Positions 11,324 to 24,300 are shown, counted from the stretch's first letter. The stretch is 64,000 nucleotides of DNA from an uncultured Candidatus Rokubacteria bacterium (GCA_963762145.1 CAVXJS010000011.1:448001-512000), one strand, 5' to 3'. The notes: generated by a model from the sequence alone, not told the origin. Made by a program: numbers and translations.

Positions 11324-12760
11324 ATGGCCGTAGCCCCCAGCGCCTCCTACAGCTTCACGGTTCGCCTCGAGATCCGGAACAAGCCCGGCATGCTGGGCCG
11401 CGTCACCTCGGTCATCGGCAAGGCCGGCGGGGATATCGGCGCCGTCGACCTGGTCGAGATGAGCGGGGAGCGGGTGCTCCGCGACATCACGATCAAGGCC
11501 CGGGACAGCCGGCATGCGCACGACATCATCGATCGCCTCAGGGCCACGACCGGGGTGCGCATCGCCAACATCTCCGATCGCACCTTCCTCATGCATCTGG
11601 GCGGCAAGATCGAGATCCACAGCAAGGTGCCGATCCGGACCCGCGACGACCTCAGCATGGCCTACACCCCGGGGGTGGCGCGGGTCTGCCTCGCGATCAA
11701 GGACGACCCGAGCCGGGCCTTCACCCTGACCATCAAGCAGAATGCGGTGGCGGTGGTGACCGACGGGACCGCGGTCCTGGGGCTGGGCGACATCGGGCCC
11801 GAGGCCGCCATGCCGGTCATGGAGGGCAAGGCCATGCTCTTCAAGGAGCTGGCCGGGGTGGACGCCTTCCCGATCCCGCTCGACACCAAGGACCCCGGCA
11901 AGATCGTGGAGACCGTGAAGATGATCGCCCCCGCGTTCGGGGGGATCAACCTGGAGGACATCTCGGCCCCGCGCTGCTTCGAGATCGAGGAGCGGCTGCG
12001 CAAGGAGCTGGACATCCCGGTCTTCCACGACGATCAGCACGGCACCGCGGTGGTGGTGCTGGCCGCGCTGTTCAACGCGCTCAAGATCGTCAAGAAGGAC
12101 ATTCGCCGGATCAAGGTGGTCGTCTCCGGGGTGGGTGCCGCCGGGACGGCCACGATCAAGATCCTGCTCGCCCTCGGGGCCCGGAACATCATCGGGGTGG
12201 ACGAGCACGGCACGATTCACCGGGGCCGTCCCGTCGGCATGGACTTCATGAAGACGTGGGTGGCCTCGGCGACCAATCCCGGCAACGTCAAGGGCCGGAT
12301 GTCCGACGCGATCCGGGGGGCGGACGTGTTCATCGGCCTGTCGGTGCCGCGGGTGCTCACGGTGCGGGACGTCAAGAGCATGGCCCGCGACCGCATCGTC
12401 TTCGCGATGGCGAACCCGGTGCCCGAGATCCAGCCCGAGGAAGCCGAGCGCCACGTGCGCGTGATGGCCACCGGCCGCTCCGACTACCCGAACCAGATCA
12501 ACAACGTGCTCTGCTTCCCCGGGTTCTTTCGCGGGCTGCTCGATTCCCGTGCGCGCGTGGTGAACGACGAGATGAAGATCGCGGCGGCCCACGCCATCGC
12601 CTCCTGCGTGGGCCGCCGGGAGCTGGGCCCCGAGTACATCATCCCCAGCGTCTTCAACAAGCAGGTGGCCCCCGCGGTCGCCCGCGAGGTGGCGAAGGCG
12701 GCCCAGAAGACGGGCGTGGCCCGGCGCCGCCGCCGCGCCGATGCGCCCGACTGGGTGTAG
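11324..12760 (+). CDS. NAD(P)-dependent malic enzyme with N-terminal ACT domain
   Basis: ACT-like NKPGMLGRV, then AYTPGV, VMEGKA, INLEDI, HDDQHGT and TGRSDYPNQINN. Confidence 0.92.
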   Translation: MAVAPSASYSFTVRLEIRNKPGMLGRVTSVIGKAGGDIGAVDLVEMSGERVLRDITIKARDSRHAHDIIDRLRATTGVRIANISDRTFLMHLGGKIEIHSKVPIRTRDDLSMAYTPGVARVCLAIKDDPSRAFTLTIKQNAVAVVTDGTAVLGLGDIGPEAAMPVMEGKAMLFKELAGVDAFPIPLDTKDPGKIVETVKMIAPAFGGINLEDISAPRCFEIEERLRKELDIPVFHDDQHGTAVVVLAALFNALKIVKKDIRRIKVVVSGVGAAGTATIKILLALGARNIIGVDEHGTIHRGRPVGMDFMKTWVASATNPGNVKGRMSDAIRGADVFIGLSVPRVLTVRDVKSMARDRIVFAMANPVPEIQPEEAERHVRVMATGRSDYPNQINNVLCFPGFFRGLLDSRARVVNDEMKIAAAHAIASCVGRRELGPEYIIPSVFNKQVAPAVAREVAKAAQKTGVARRRRRADAPDWV

Positions 12761-12769
12761 GACGCGCCG

Positions 12770-13514
12770 ATGAGTGGCCGGCCGCACTGGTCGGTGATCA
12801 TCCCCGCCTACAACGAGGCGGCCCGGCTGCCCTCCTATCTCAAGGAGATCCAGGCCTACTTCGAGGGGCGCGATGAGGCCTACGAGGTCATCGTGGTGGA
12901 CGACGGCAGCCGGGACGGGACCGCAGATCGGGTTCGCGAGGTGGCGGCCGGGCGGTCCGGCGTCACGGTGCACGCGGTCGACCGGAACCGGGGCAAGGGC
13001 CACGCGGTCCGCGCGGGGATGGCGCGGGCCGTCGGCGAGCTCCGCCTGATGGCGGACGCGGACGGGGCCACGCCGATCGCGGAGGTCGCGCGGCTCGAAG
13101 CGGCGGTGGCCGCGGGCGCCGATCTCGCGGTCGGCTCGCGCGTGCTCGAGGACCCCGCGGTCATCCGCGAGGTCCGGACGCATCGCCAGCTCTCCGGCCA
13201 CGTCTTCAACTTCCTGCTGCGCCGCCTCGGGGTCGCGCCGGTGCTGGACACCCAGTGCGGCTTCAAGCTCTTCCGCGGGGCGGTGGCCGAGCGCGCTCTT
13301 CCCGCACGTCACGACGGACGGCTTCGGCTTCGACGTCGAGCTGCTGATGCTCGCCCGGCGCCGCGGCTTCCGGATCACGGAGGTGGCGGTCAACTGGGCC
13401 GATCAGCCCGGCTCCAAGGTCCACGTGCTGCGCGAGGGCCCGCGCATGCTCCTCGAGGTGCTGGCGGCGCGCCGCCGCCTCGCCGCGCACCACCCCGGAG
13501 GGCGGCGGGGATGA
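12770..13514 (+). CDS. GT2 polyprenyl-phosphate glycosyltransferase (Dol-P-Glc/Man synthase-like), frameshift near 13290
   Basis: VIIPAYNE, VVDDGSRD, NRGKG, DADG and DTQCGFKLF; then FGFDVELL in the shifted frame. TGA at 13512-13514. Confidence 0.85.
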
Positions 13515-14655
13515 TCGCGCGGCGCGCGCAGGAGATCGAGCCGTTCCTGGCCGTCGAGGTCTTCCAGCGCGCTCAGGCCCTCGAGCGGCAGGGCGTCGAC
13601 GTCATCCACCTGGAGTTCGGCGAGCCGGACTTCGACACCCCGGCGGTCATCCGCGAGGCGGCCGAGAAGGCGCTCAAGGACGGACGCACCCGCTACGCGC
13701 ACCCGCTCGGGATCCTGCCGCTGCGCGAGGCGATCGCGGAGCACTACCACACTCGCTACGGGGTGACGGTGTCGCCCGATCAGATCCTGGTGACCGCGGG
13801 CACGTCGCCCGCGATGCTGCTCCTGTTCAGCGCGCTGCTCGATCCGGGCGACGAGGTGATCCTCTCCGACCCCTACTACGCCTGCTACCCGAAGTTCGTG
13901 AAGTTCTCGGGCGGCGTGCCGGTCTACGTGCCGGTCGAGGAGTCGGACGCCTTCCAGTTCCGTCCGGAGGCGGTGGCGGCCCGCGTCACGCCGCGGACCA
14001 AGGGGCTGCTCGTGAACTCGCCCGCCAACCCGACCGGCACCGTGCTGAGCCGCGAGCGGCTCGCCGCCCTCTGCCGCCTCGGGCCCTGGGTGATCTCGGA
14101 CGAGATCTACCACGGCCTCACCTACGAGGGCCCGGAGCACACCGTGCTCGAGTTCACCGACCACGCGTTCGTGCTGAACGGCTTCTCCAAGGCCTTCGCG
14201 ATGACCGGCTGGCGCGTCGGCTACGTGATCGCCCCCCGGGAGCTCATGCCCGCGCTGACCGCCATGCACGGCAACTTCTTCATCTCGACCAACGAGTTCG
14301 TGCAGTGGGCCGCGGTCGCCGCCCTCCGCGAGGCGGCGGACGAGACGCGCGCGGTTCCGGCGCATCTTCGACGAGCGGCGCCGGGTGATGGTGGACGGTC
14401 TGCGGCGCATCGGGCTCGGCGTGGGCGCGCCGCCCACCGGCGCCTTCTACGTCCTGGCCAACGCCCGTCGCTTCACGAGCGACTCGCTCGCGTTCGCCTT
14501 CGAGATCCTCGATCGTGCCCACGTGGGGGTCACGCCCGGGGTGGACTTCGGGCGCAACGCGGAAGGGTACCTCCGGTTCTCGTACGCCCAGTCGGTCGAG
14601 CGGATCCAGGAAGCGCTGCGTCCGCCTCGGCCGCTTCCTCTCCGAGCGCGGATGA
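13511..14655 (+). CDS. PLP-dependent aminotransferase class I/II (frameshifted)
   Basis: GEPDF, NSPANPTG, SDEIY, GFSKAFAMTGWRVGY and GYLRFSY. Confidence 0.88.
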
Positions 14656-15073
14656 CCGCCGAGCCGTGCGTGATGTGCGACAAGTACGGCCGGAGCGACG
14701 GCCCGCTCCACGTCGCCGACCTGACCCTCTCGCGCGTGTTCCTGCACGAGGACCAGTTCTTCCCCGGCTACGTGCTCCTGGTGCTGCGCCGCCACGTCAC
14801 CGAGCTCTACGACCTGCCCGAGCCGGAGCGCGCGGCGCTGATGGAGGAGGTGAGCCGGGTGGCGCAGGCGCTCGCCCGGAGCTTCCGCCCGTCAAGATGA
14901 ACTACGAGCTGCTCGGCAACCTGGTGCCGCACATCCACTGGCACCTGGTGCCGCGCCTGGCGAGCGATCCCGCGCTCCGCTCGCCGATCTGGACCGTCGA
15001 GCACGAGGCGGCGCCCCTCGCGCCCGCCGCGGCCCGCGAGCGGATCGAGCTGATACGCCGGGCCCTCGTCTGA
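14652..15073 (+). CDS. HIT family hydrolase (frameshift near 14885)
   Basis: N-terminal CVMC, and NYELLGNLVPHIHWHLVP histidine triad. Confidence 0.85.
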
Positions 15074-15092
15074 CCGTCATGGGGGCTTCGTC

Positions 15093-17298
15093 ATGACCGG
15101 CCGCCACGGGCTCGCGCTGGCGGGCCTGCTGATCGGGCTGGCCGCGATCATGGCGGTCTGGCTCGGCCATCGATCGCCGCCCGCCCGAGTGGGATCACGC
15201 CAACCATCTCGAGCGCGCGCCTCTCCTGTCATCGGAGCCTCGGCGAGTCCGCAGGGTGACTGGCTGCAGGAGATCATCACCGAGTCGAGCTTCTACCCGC
15301 CGATCGTGACGTGCACGGCCGGGCTGCTCTACTTCGTCTTTCCGGTCGTTCCGCCTGACCGTCCAGGCGGTGGTCTGGGCCTTCCTCGTCATGGGCACGC
15401 TCGCCGTGTACGGCCTGGGCCGGCGGCTCCTCGACGCCGACGCCGGCCTGCTCGCGGCCTTCCTCTTCGCCACCGCGCCCTTCGTCGTGTTCATGCTGCT
15501 GAACTTCCAGCTCGACCTGCCGCTGGCCGCCATGGTGGCTCTGGCGCTGTACGCCCTGGTGCGAACCGAGGATCTGATGGTTCGGCCGGTGGGTGCTCGG
15601 GCTCGGTCTGGTGCTCGGCCTGGGCATGCTCACCAAGCCGCCCTTCGCGGCCTATCTCTCTGGCGCCGCTCCTCTGGATGGCCTGGCGGGCCGTGCGGGC
15701 ACCGGATCGTCGCGCGCGGCTGCTCCACCTGCTCGCCGCGGTCGGTGTGGCGGCAGCGGTCGCGCTGCCGTGGTACGGGCCGCGCCTCGTCGGGCTGCCA
15801 GGCCCAGTTCATCAACCGCTCGTTCAAGCAGGCGGCGGAAGCGGGGCAGGCACCGGCGCTCACCGGCGCCTCGCTGATGTTCTATCCGGAGTGGATCGTT
15901 CCTCAGTGGGGCTGCTGGCGACGGCGCTCTTGCTGTGGGGGATCGTCGCGCTCGCGCGTCGGCCACGGGCCCGTGGGCTCCTGTGGGCCGCGCTGGCGCC
16001 GTTCGTGATCTTCGCCCTGATCCAGAACAAGAACCTGCGCTACACGCTGCCGCTCCTGCCTGCGGCGGCGCTGGCGGCGGCGGCCGGGGTGGCCGTGCTG
16101 CCCCCGCGGATGAGGCGGGGCGTCGCCTGGGCCTGCGCGATCGTGGGCGTCGCGCAGGTGAGCTCGGCGGCCTTCGCGCTGCCGCCTTCCACCCTGCTGG
16201 CGCCGGTCGTCCCTTCGGTGCGCGTTCTCCCGCCGCCCGATGCGGCTGACTGGCGTCACCGGGAGATCCTCGAGGCCATCCAGCGTGCGTCGGGGCCCGG
16301 CGGAACGCGGGTGGCGGTGGTGCCCAACGACAACTACTTCTCGATCTCCAACTTTCGTTACGACGTGAGGCGCGATCGGCTGCCGTTCCGCCTGAGCCGC
16401 GCGTGGGACCAATCTCCGCTCGGCGTGGACTTCGCGATCGTGAAGACGGGGGACCAGGGGCCCGACGCGGCGTCGGCCAAGCCCGACCGGATCATGGCCG
16501 CGCTGGAAGGCGGCGATCCGTGGCTCGACGCGGCGTACCCGGTGATCTTGCGCGTGCCGCTCCCCGACGGCAGCGAGGGCATGGTGCGGAAGCGGCGCCT
16601 CGAGCCGGTCCGCGATGCTGGCGCCCGCGGAGCTCGCGGAGCGGCTGCGGCGCGGCGTGGCCGGGCTGCTCGCCGACCTGGTCCGCGACGCCCAGGGCTT
16701 TCGCATCGCGCTCGACTATCGCGACGACGCCCTGCTGGCCGGATCGGTGGCCGCGGTGACGGTGGAGGCCCAGTCGGCCCTCGTCGGCGAGTTCGTGCGA
16801 CGCAAGCCGCCCCTGCGCATCGGTCCGGTGCGTCTGCGCCTCCGCGAGGTCGTGGTGAATCCGGGGCGGCTCGCGGCCACCGGCGGCGTCGAGCTCCTCG
16901 ACGTCGGCTCTCTCCACGTGGAGCGGCTCGGCATCGCAGAGTCGGATCTGGCCGAGTTCATCGCTCAGCAGCGCGGCCTTGGCGGGCTGCGCGCCACCAT
17001 GGATGACGGATGGATCCAGGCCCGCTGGGCGCTGCCCGGCCCCGAGCTCTCCGCTCGGCTGGGGCTGGCGGCCGGCTCGCCGCCCGATCCGCTCACCCTG
17101 CTCGCGGCGGACGTCCGCTACGGCGGGGTGCGCCTGCCGCGGCTCCTGGTGAACTGGATCCTGAGAAACTTCGACCCGACCCCGCGCCTGCGCCGGCTCC
17201 CGATGCCGGTGTCGATGGCACCGATTCGTATCGAGCGGGGGCGGCTCGAGGTCGGCGCGGACCCCGCGCCCACCGCCGCGACAAAGGAGTCACGCTGA
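15093..17298 (+). CDS. GT-C (ArnT/PMT-like, GT39-type) membrane glycosyltransferase with a C-terminal soluble domain, possibly DUF2993/LmeA-like; multiple frameshifts
   Basis: Many TM segments, EWDHANH, FYPP, QLDLPLAA, GMLTKP and NKNLRY. Soluble beta-rich C-terminus at 16615-17298. Confidence 0.7.
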
Positions 17299-18005
17299 TG
17301 GCCGAGAGTCTGGCGCAGAAGAAGGCCCGGGCGGGCAAGATCTTGACGCGGCTGGCGAAGGCCTACCCGGACGCGCGCACCGCGCTCGACTTCACCACGC
17401 CGCTCGACCTGCTGGTCGCGACGATCCTGTCCGCGCAGTGCACCGACGAGCGCGTCAACGCGGTCACCGCCGGGCTCTTCCCGCGGTACCGTCAGGCCTC
17501 GGACTGGGCGGCGGTGCCGCTGCCGCTGCTCGAGCGCGAGATCCATTCGACCGGCTTCTTCCGGGCCAAGGCCAAGTCGCTCAACGGCATGGCCCGTGCG
17601 CTGGTCGAGCGGCACGCGGGGGAGGTGCCCCGGACCCTGGAGGACCTGGTGGAGCTGCCTGGAGTCGGCCGAAAGACCGCCAACGTGGTGCTGGGTAACG
17701 CCTTTGGCATCCCGGCGCTGGCGGTGGACACCCACGTGTTCAGGGTCTCGCAGCGCCTGGGGCTGGCCCGGGGCGACGACCCGGAGGAGATCCACGACCA
17801 GCTCTGCCAGATCCTGCCGCGTCCTCGCTGGACGCAGGCCAGCCACCTGCTCATCCTCCACGGGCGGCGCGTCTGCGCGGCCCGCAAGCCGGCCTGCCCG
17901 ACCTGTCCCGTCCTGGCCCTTTGCCCGTGGACGGGCAAGACCAAGGCCGCGGGGACCTCCGCCCGCCGGGACGGACCGCGGTCCGCCCGGAGGCGGGCAG
18001 GGTAG
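17298..18005 (+). CDS. nth: Endonuclease III
   Basis: LSAQCTD, HhH LPGVGRKTAN, VDTHV, and the 4Fe-4S motif CxxxxxxCxxCxxxxxC. Confidence 0.95.
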   Translation: MAESLAQKKARAGKILTRLAKAYPDARTALDFTTPLDLLVATILSAQCTDERVNAVTAGLFPRYRQASDWAAVPLPLLEREIHSTGFFRAKAKSLNGMARALVERHAGEVPRTLEDLVELPGVGRKTANVVLGNAFGIPALAVDTHVFRVSQRLGLARGDDPEEIHDQLCQILPRPRWTQASHLLILHGRRVCAARKPACPTCPVLALCPWTGKTKAAGTSARRDGPRSARRRAG

Positions 18006-18034
18006 TTGACCGCACCGGGTCTTTCTTTTATGAT
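18006..18034 (+). promoter_or_regulatory. Sigma70 promoter of rplM-rpsI
   Basis: TTGACC-17 bp-TATGAT. Confidence 0.7.
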
Positions 18035-18096
18035 TACCCGTTGCCATTTACCGAAGTATTCGACGTGGCTGGGGGAGCCTTACCCGGACGGAGATC

Positions 18097-18540
18097 ATGA
18101 CGACGCTGATGCCGAAGGAAGAGGATGTGGAACGGAAGTGGTTCGTGGTCGATGCCCAGGACCGGGTGCTCGGCCGTCTCGCCACCCAGGTCGCGACGGT
18201 ACTGCGGGGCAAGCACAAGCCGCAGTTCTCTCCGCACCTCGATGTGGGCGATCACGTGGTGGTCATCAATGCCGAGAAAGTGCACCTCACCGGGCGCAAG
18301 CTGACCGACAAGATCTACCGCTGGCACAGCGGCTATATCGGGGGGCTGCGTGAGGTCAGCGCGGAGCGGATGCTCAAGACGCATCCGGAGCGCGTGATCG
18401 AGTGGGCGGTGCAGGGCATGCTGCCGAAAGGCCGCCTGGGCCGCGCGATGGCCAAGAAGCTGAAGGTCTACAAGGGGGCGGACCACCCGCACGCCGCCCA
18501 GAAGCCCGAGCCGCTCGCCCTGCGCGAGCGCGCCCGCTGA
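18097..18540 (+). CDS. rplM: 50S ribosomal protein L13
   Basis: WFVVDA, LGRLAT, LRGKHKP and HPHAAQKP. Confidence 0.97.
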   Translation: MTTLMPKEEDVERKWFVVDAQDRVLGRLATQVATVLRGKHKPQFSPHLDVGDHVVVINAEKVHLTGRKLTDKIYRWHSGYIGGLREVSAERMLKTHPERVIEWAVQGMLPKGRLGRAMAKKLKVYKGADHPHAAQKPEPLALRERAR

Positions 18541-18548
18541 GGAGCCCC

Positions 18549-18944
18549 ATGGCCGTTGTCAGTCGCTTCTATGGAACCGGTCGCCGCAAGACCTCCGTCG
18601 CCCGCGTGTGGCTGCGGGCGGGCAGCGGCCGCATCCTGATCAATCGCCGCCCGTTCGAGGACTACTTTCCCCGCGAGACGCTGCGCATGGTCATCTCGCA
18701 GCCGCTCCAGCTCACCAACACGTTCGGCCAGTTCGACGCCATCGTGAACGTGGGCGGCGGGGGCCCGACCGGACAGGCGGGGGCGGTGCGCCACGGGATC
18801 GCGCGGGCGCTCCTGCAGTTCGACGACAAGCTGCGCCAGACCCTCAAGCGGGCCGGCCTCCTCACCCGCGATCCGCGGATGAAGGAGCGCAAGAAGTACG
18901 GCCAGCCGGGCGCGCGCTCCAAGTTCCAGTACTCGAAGCGGTAG
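18549..18944 (+). CDS. rpsI: 30S ribosomal protein S9
   Basis: [22 protein letters not shown], and C-terminal ERKKYG...QYSKR. Confidence 0.97.
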   Translation: MAVVSRFYGTGRRKTSVARVWLRAGSGRILINRRPFEDYFPRETLRMVISQPLQLTNTFGQFDAIVNVGGGGPTGQAGAVRHGIARALLQFDDKLRQTLKRAGLLTRDPRMKERKKYGQPGARSKFQYSKR

Positions 18945-18961
18945 GCGTCCGCGAGGCCGCC

Positions 18962-20011
18962 ATGTTAAAGGTCGCGGTCACCGGGGCCAGCGGGTACATG
19001 GGGGCGGAGCTGCTCCGCCTCCTGTCCGTTCATCCCAAGGTGCAGATCAGCGCGGTCACCTCCGAGCGGCTGGCGGGGGAGCGCCTCGATCGCCTCTACC
19101 CGCATCTGCGCGGGCTCAGCGATCTCGTGTTCCAGGAGATCGATGGCGAGCGCCTGGCCGGCGAGGCCGACGTCGTCTTCCTCGCGCTGCCGCACATGGA
19201 GTCCCAGCGCCTGATGCCGACGCTGAGGCGTCACGGCAAGAAGGCGGTCGATCTCTCCGCCGACTACCGCTTGCGGGACGCCTCCCTGTACGTGACGTGG
19301 TACAAGGCGCCCCACGAGGACGCGAATGGCCTGGCCGAGGCGGTGTACGGCCTGCCCGAGCTGCACCGCAAGCAGGTCGCGGGCGCGTCCCTGGTGGCCT
19401 CGCCCGGCTGCTACCCGATGGGCGCGATCCTCGCCACCGCGCCGCTGCTCAAGAGCGGGCGCGGGAGCGTGGACGGCATCGTGATCGACGGCAAGTCCGG
19501 CGTGACCGGGGCGGGCGCCCAGGGTCGCAAGGCCGACGCGATGTACCTCTTCACCGAGGCGAACGAGAACGTGCAGGCCTACGGCATGGCCACCCACCGC
19601 CACACTCCGGAGATCGAGCAGGAGCTCTCGATGCTGGCGGGCCGGCCGGTGGTGGTGGCGTTCACGCCGCACCTGGTCCCCCTCAACCGCGGGCTCTTCA
19701 CCACCGCGTCGGTGCCGCTCACGAAGCCGGCCACGACCGCGGAGCTGGTCGCGCTGTACCAAGAGTTCTACGCGGGCGAGCCGTTCGTGCGCGTGCTCGA
19801 GGAGGGGCAGCGTCCCACGACCCGATCCGTCGTGGGCTCGAACTTCTGCGACGTGACGGTGGTCGCGGACCCTCGCACGAAGCGCGCGGTCTGCGTGTCG
19901 GCGCTCGACAACCTGGGCAAGGGCGGCTCCGCCAACGGCATCCAGAACCTCAACATCATGATGGGGTGGGACGAGCGGACGGGTCTCGACGCGCCTCCGG
20001 TGTATCCGTAG
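18962..20011 (+). CDS. argC: N-acetyl-gamma-glutamyl-phosphate reductase
   Basis: GASGYMG, DLSADYR, YGLPE, PGCYP, HRHTPEI and DNLGKG. Confidence 0.95.
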   Translation: MLKVAVTGASGYMGAELLRLLSVHPKVQISAVTSERLAGERLDRLYPHLRGLSDLVFQEIDGERLAGEADVVFLALPHMESQRLMPTLRRHGKKAVDLSADYRLRDASLYVTWYKAPHEDANGLAEAVYGLPELHRKQVAGASLVASPGCYPMGAILATAPLLKSGRGSVDGIVIDGKSGVTGAGAQGRKADAMYLFTEANENVQAYGMATHRHTPEIEQELSMLAGRPVVVAFTPHLVPLNRGLFTTASVPLTKPATTAELVALYQEFYAGEPFVRVLEEGQRPTTRSVVGSNFCDVTVVADPRTKRAVCVSALDNLGKGGSANGIQNLNIMMGWDERTGLDAPPVYP

Positions 20012-20016
20012 CCGGC

Positions 20017-21233
20017 ATGGCCGGACTTCCAGTGGCTGGAGGGGGGCATCACCGCCGTGCCCGGCATCCTCGCCTCCGGCGTCGCGGCCGGCATCAAGCC
20101 CAGCGGCAAGAAGGATCTGGCTCTCGTCTACTCCTCCTCGCCGGCCCGCGCGGCCGCGGTGTTCACCACCAACCAGATCAAGGGCGCGCCGGTGCTCGTC
20201 TCGCAGGAGCACGTGCGTGACGGCCGCGCCCAGGCCATCCTGGCCTCCGCGGGCTGCTCCAACGTCTGCACCGGAGAGCAGGGCGTCAAGGACGCGCGCG
20301 AGATGACCCGCATCATCGGCGAGCTGCTGCAGATCCCGCCGCGGCAGGTGCTGATCGCCTCGACCGGGGTGATCGGCCAGCCGTTGCCGATGGACAAGAT
20401 CCGGGCCGGGCTGCCCAAGCTGGTCAAGGGGCTCTCGCCGCAGGGCGGCCGGCTCGCCGCGGAGGCCATCATGACGACCGACACCCGGCCCAAGGAAGCG
20501 GCCCTCCGGTTCGACGTGGCCGGCCGGCCGGTCACGATCGGCGGCATCGCCAAGGGCGTGGGCATGCTCGAGCCGCACATGGCGACCATGTTCTGCTTCC
20601 TGGCCACCGACGCGATGGTGGCGCGCGATGCGCTGCCGCGGGTGCTGCGCCGGGCCATCGACCGCTCGTTCAACCGGATCACGGTGGACAGCGATCAGTC
20701 GACCAGCGACACGGTGGCGATCCTCGCCAACGGGCTGGCCGAGAACGCGCCGCTCGAGCGCGGCGGCAAGGGTCTGCGCCAGTTCGCGCGGGCGCTCGAG
20801 GCGATCGCGGAGCGGCTGGCCCGGATGCTGGTCGAGGACGGTGAGGGCGCGAGCAAGCTGGTGGAGGTGGCGGTGCGGGGGGCGCGCACGCCGCCGGGAG
20901 GCGGTGATCGCGGCCCGGAGCGTGGCCAACTCGCCGCTCGTGAAGACCGCCATCAACGGGGCGGACCCCAACTGGGGCCGGATCATGATGGCGCTGGGCA
21001 AGTAGCGCGGCGCGCGTCGCCGCGGATCGCGTGGCCGTCGCGATCGGCGGGGAGCTGCTGGTGGAGAAGGGCATGCTGCGCCCGGGGGCCCGGATCGACC
21101 GCATCCACGAGGTGATGGGCGGCCCGAGTACACGATCGCGATCGACCTCGGGCTGGGGCGGGGCGAGGACCGGGTGTGGACATCGGACCTCAGCGAGGAG
21201 TACGTCCGAATCAACGCGAAGTACACGACCTAA
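20017..21233 (+). CDS. argJ: Ornithine acetyltransferase / N-acetylglutamate synthase (frameshifted)
   Basis: [37 protein letters not shown] and [15 protein letters not shown]. Confidence 0.9.
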
Positions 21234-21335
21234 CACGCACGGTCGCGAGCTTCGGTCTCCGCCGCCCTCGTCGGCTGGCGGGGAAGTGTCGCGCCCCTCT
21301 CCGGGGTCGGCCGCTCGCGACCGGAGGCCAACCGA
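21233..21335 (+). ncRNA. rpsB 5' leader (S2 leader / t44-like)
   Basis: ACACGCAC start, stem GGTCGCGAGC (21241-21250) / GCTCGCGACC (21313-21322), GGGGTCGG and GGAGGCCAACC. These resemble conserved elements of the E. coli rpsB leader. Confidence 0.7.
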
Positions 21336-21361
21336 ACGACGACGGAAAGGACGGCAGGACC

Positions 21362-22139
21362 ATGGCGGCACTGACCATGAAGGAGCTGCTGGAGGCCGGG
21401 GTGCACTTCGGCCACCAGACCAAGCGCTGGAACCCGAAGATGCAGAAGTACATCTTCGGCGAGCGCAACGGCATCTACATCATCGACCTGCAGAAGACCC
21501 TCAAGAAGTTCCGCGAGGCCTACGCGTTCGTGCGCGACCTCGCCGCCGAGCGGGGGCATCGTGCTCTTCGTGGGCACCAAGAAGCAGGCCCAGGAGACGG
21601 TGCTCGAGGAGGCCACCCGCTGCGGGCAGTTCTACGTCAACCACCGCTGGCTGGGCGGCACCCTCACCAACTTCACGACGATCCGGAAGTCCATCGCCCG
21701 GCTCAAGAAGCTCGACGAGATGAGCGAGACCGGCGAGTACGAGCGGCTGCCCAAGAAGGAAGTGATCGGGCTCGAGCGCGAGCGCGCGAAGCTGGAGAAG
21801 GCGCTGGTCGGCATCAAGAACATGGACCGGCTGCCCTCCGCGGTCTTCATCATCGACCCAAGAAGGAGACGATCGCGGTGGAGGAGGCCCGCCGGCTGGC
21901 CATCCCGATCGTGGCGATCGTGGACACCAACTGCGATCCGACCGGGATCGACTATCCGGTGCCCGGCAACGACGACGCGATCCGGGCGGTGCGCCTGATC
22001 ACCTCGCGCATCGCCGACGCGATCATCGAGGGCCGCGGCGGGCTCGCCAAGCAGGAGGCGGAGGAGGAGACCCGGCCTCGCCCGACATGCCGGTGGTGAC
22101 CGAGGCCGAGATGACGAGTCGGCGGAAGCCGGCGTCTGA
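21362..22139 (+). CDS. rpsB: 30S ribosomal protein S2 (frameshifted)
   Basis: [34 protein letters not shown] and PGNDDAIR. Confidence 0.95.
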
Positions 22140-22151
22140 GGCGGAGCGTCC

Positions 22152-22754
<603 letters not shown>

Positions 22755-22762
22755 GGCGACCC

Positions 22763-23520
<758 letters not shown>

Positions 23521-23523
23521 GCC

Positions 23524-24091
23524 ATGGCCATGACCCAAGCGGAGGTGGTGAAGGATCTCGAGACCCGGATGCAGGCGGCGGCCGACGTGCTCGCGCGGGA
23601 GTTCGCGGCGTGCGCACCGGCCGCGCCAACGCGTCGCTGCTGGACGGGATGCGCGTGGAGGCCTACGGCAACCTGACGCCGATCAACCAGCTCGCCACGG
23701 TGTCGGTGCCCGACCCGCGCACCATCATGATCCAGCCGTGGGACGCCTCCCAGATGAAGGCGATCGAGAAGGGATCGCCAAGTCCGACCTCGGGCTCACG
23801 CCCGAGCAACGACGGCAAGGTGATCCGGCTCACGATGCCCACCCTGACCGAGGAGCGGCGCAAGCAGCTCGCCAAGCGGTCGGGCAAGTTCGCGGAGGAC
23901 GCGCGCGTGGCGATCCGCAACGTCGCGGCGCGAGGCCAACGACAAGCTGAAGGCCCTCGCCAAGGACAAGAAGGTGTCCCAGGACGAGGAGCGCCGGGGC
24001 CACGACCAGATCCAGAAGACCACCGACCGATTCATCGTCGAGGATCGACGAGCTGGCGAAGAAGAAGGAACAGGAAGTGATGACGGTGTAG
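23524..24091 (+). CDS. frr: Ribosome recycling factor (frameshifted)
   Basis: [23 protein letters not shown] and ARVAIRN. Confidence 0.95.
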
Positions 24092-24137
24092 GTCTGCGGA
24101 CAACCGCCGGCTCATTACCGTTTAGTTCTTCAAGCTC

Positions 24138-24300
24138 TATTATAAATGCGGGGGCCCAGAAATGGCCCCCGCACTCCCCCAGTCCGCGGACGTTCGTGGC
24201 GGACACTCGTGGTCGATGGGTGCGCGAGTTTCTGTAAGCCTCCGAAATACCTCTCGGTTTTTGCTGTTATCGGGGGGTTTTTCCTGGCAATTCCGGAGGG
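24138..24300 (+). other. Structured intergenic element (several hairpins) between frr and uppS
   Basis: AT-rich TATTATAAAT, a 10-bp stem at 24147-24173, GTCCGC/GCGGAC, ACTCGTG/CGCGAGT and CCTCCG/CGGAGG. Confidence 0.55.

Noticed and set aside
12770-15073. 767-aa GT2-aminotransferase-HIT fusion ORF
   Set aside because: It is produced by indels. ATGA overlaps at 13511 and 14652 mark three separate genes.
21000-21010. In-frame TAG in argJ as pyrrolysine or readthrough
   Set aside because: It lies among several indels and the downstream homology continues in another frame. Sequencing error is more likely.
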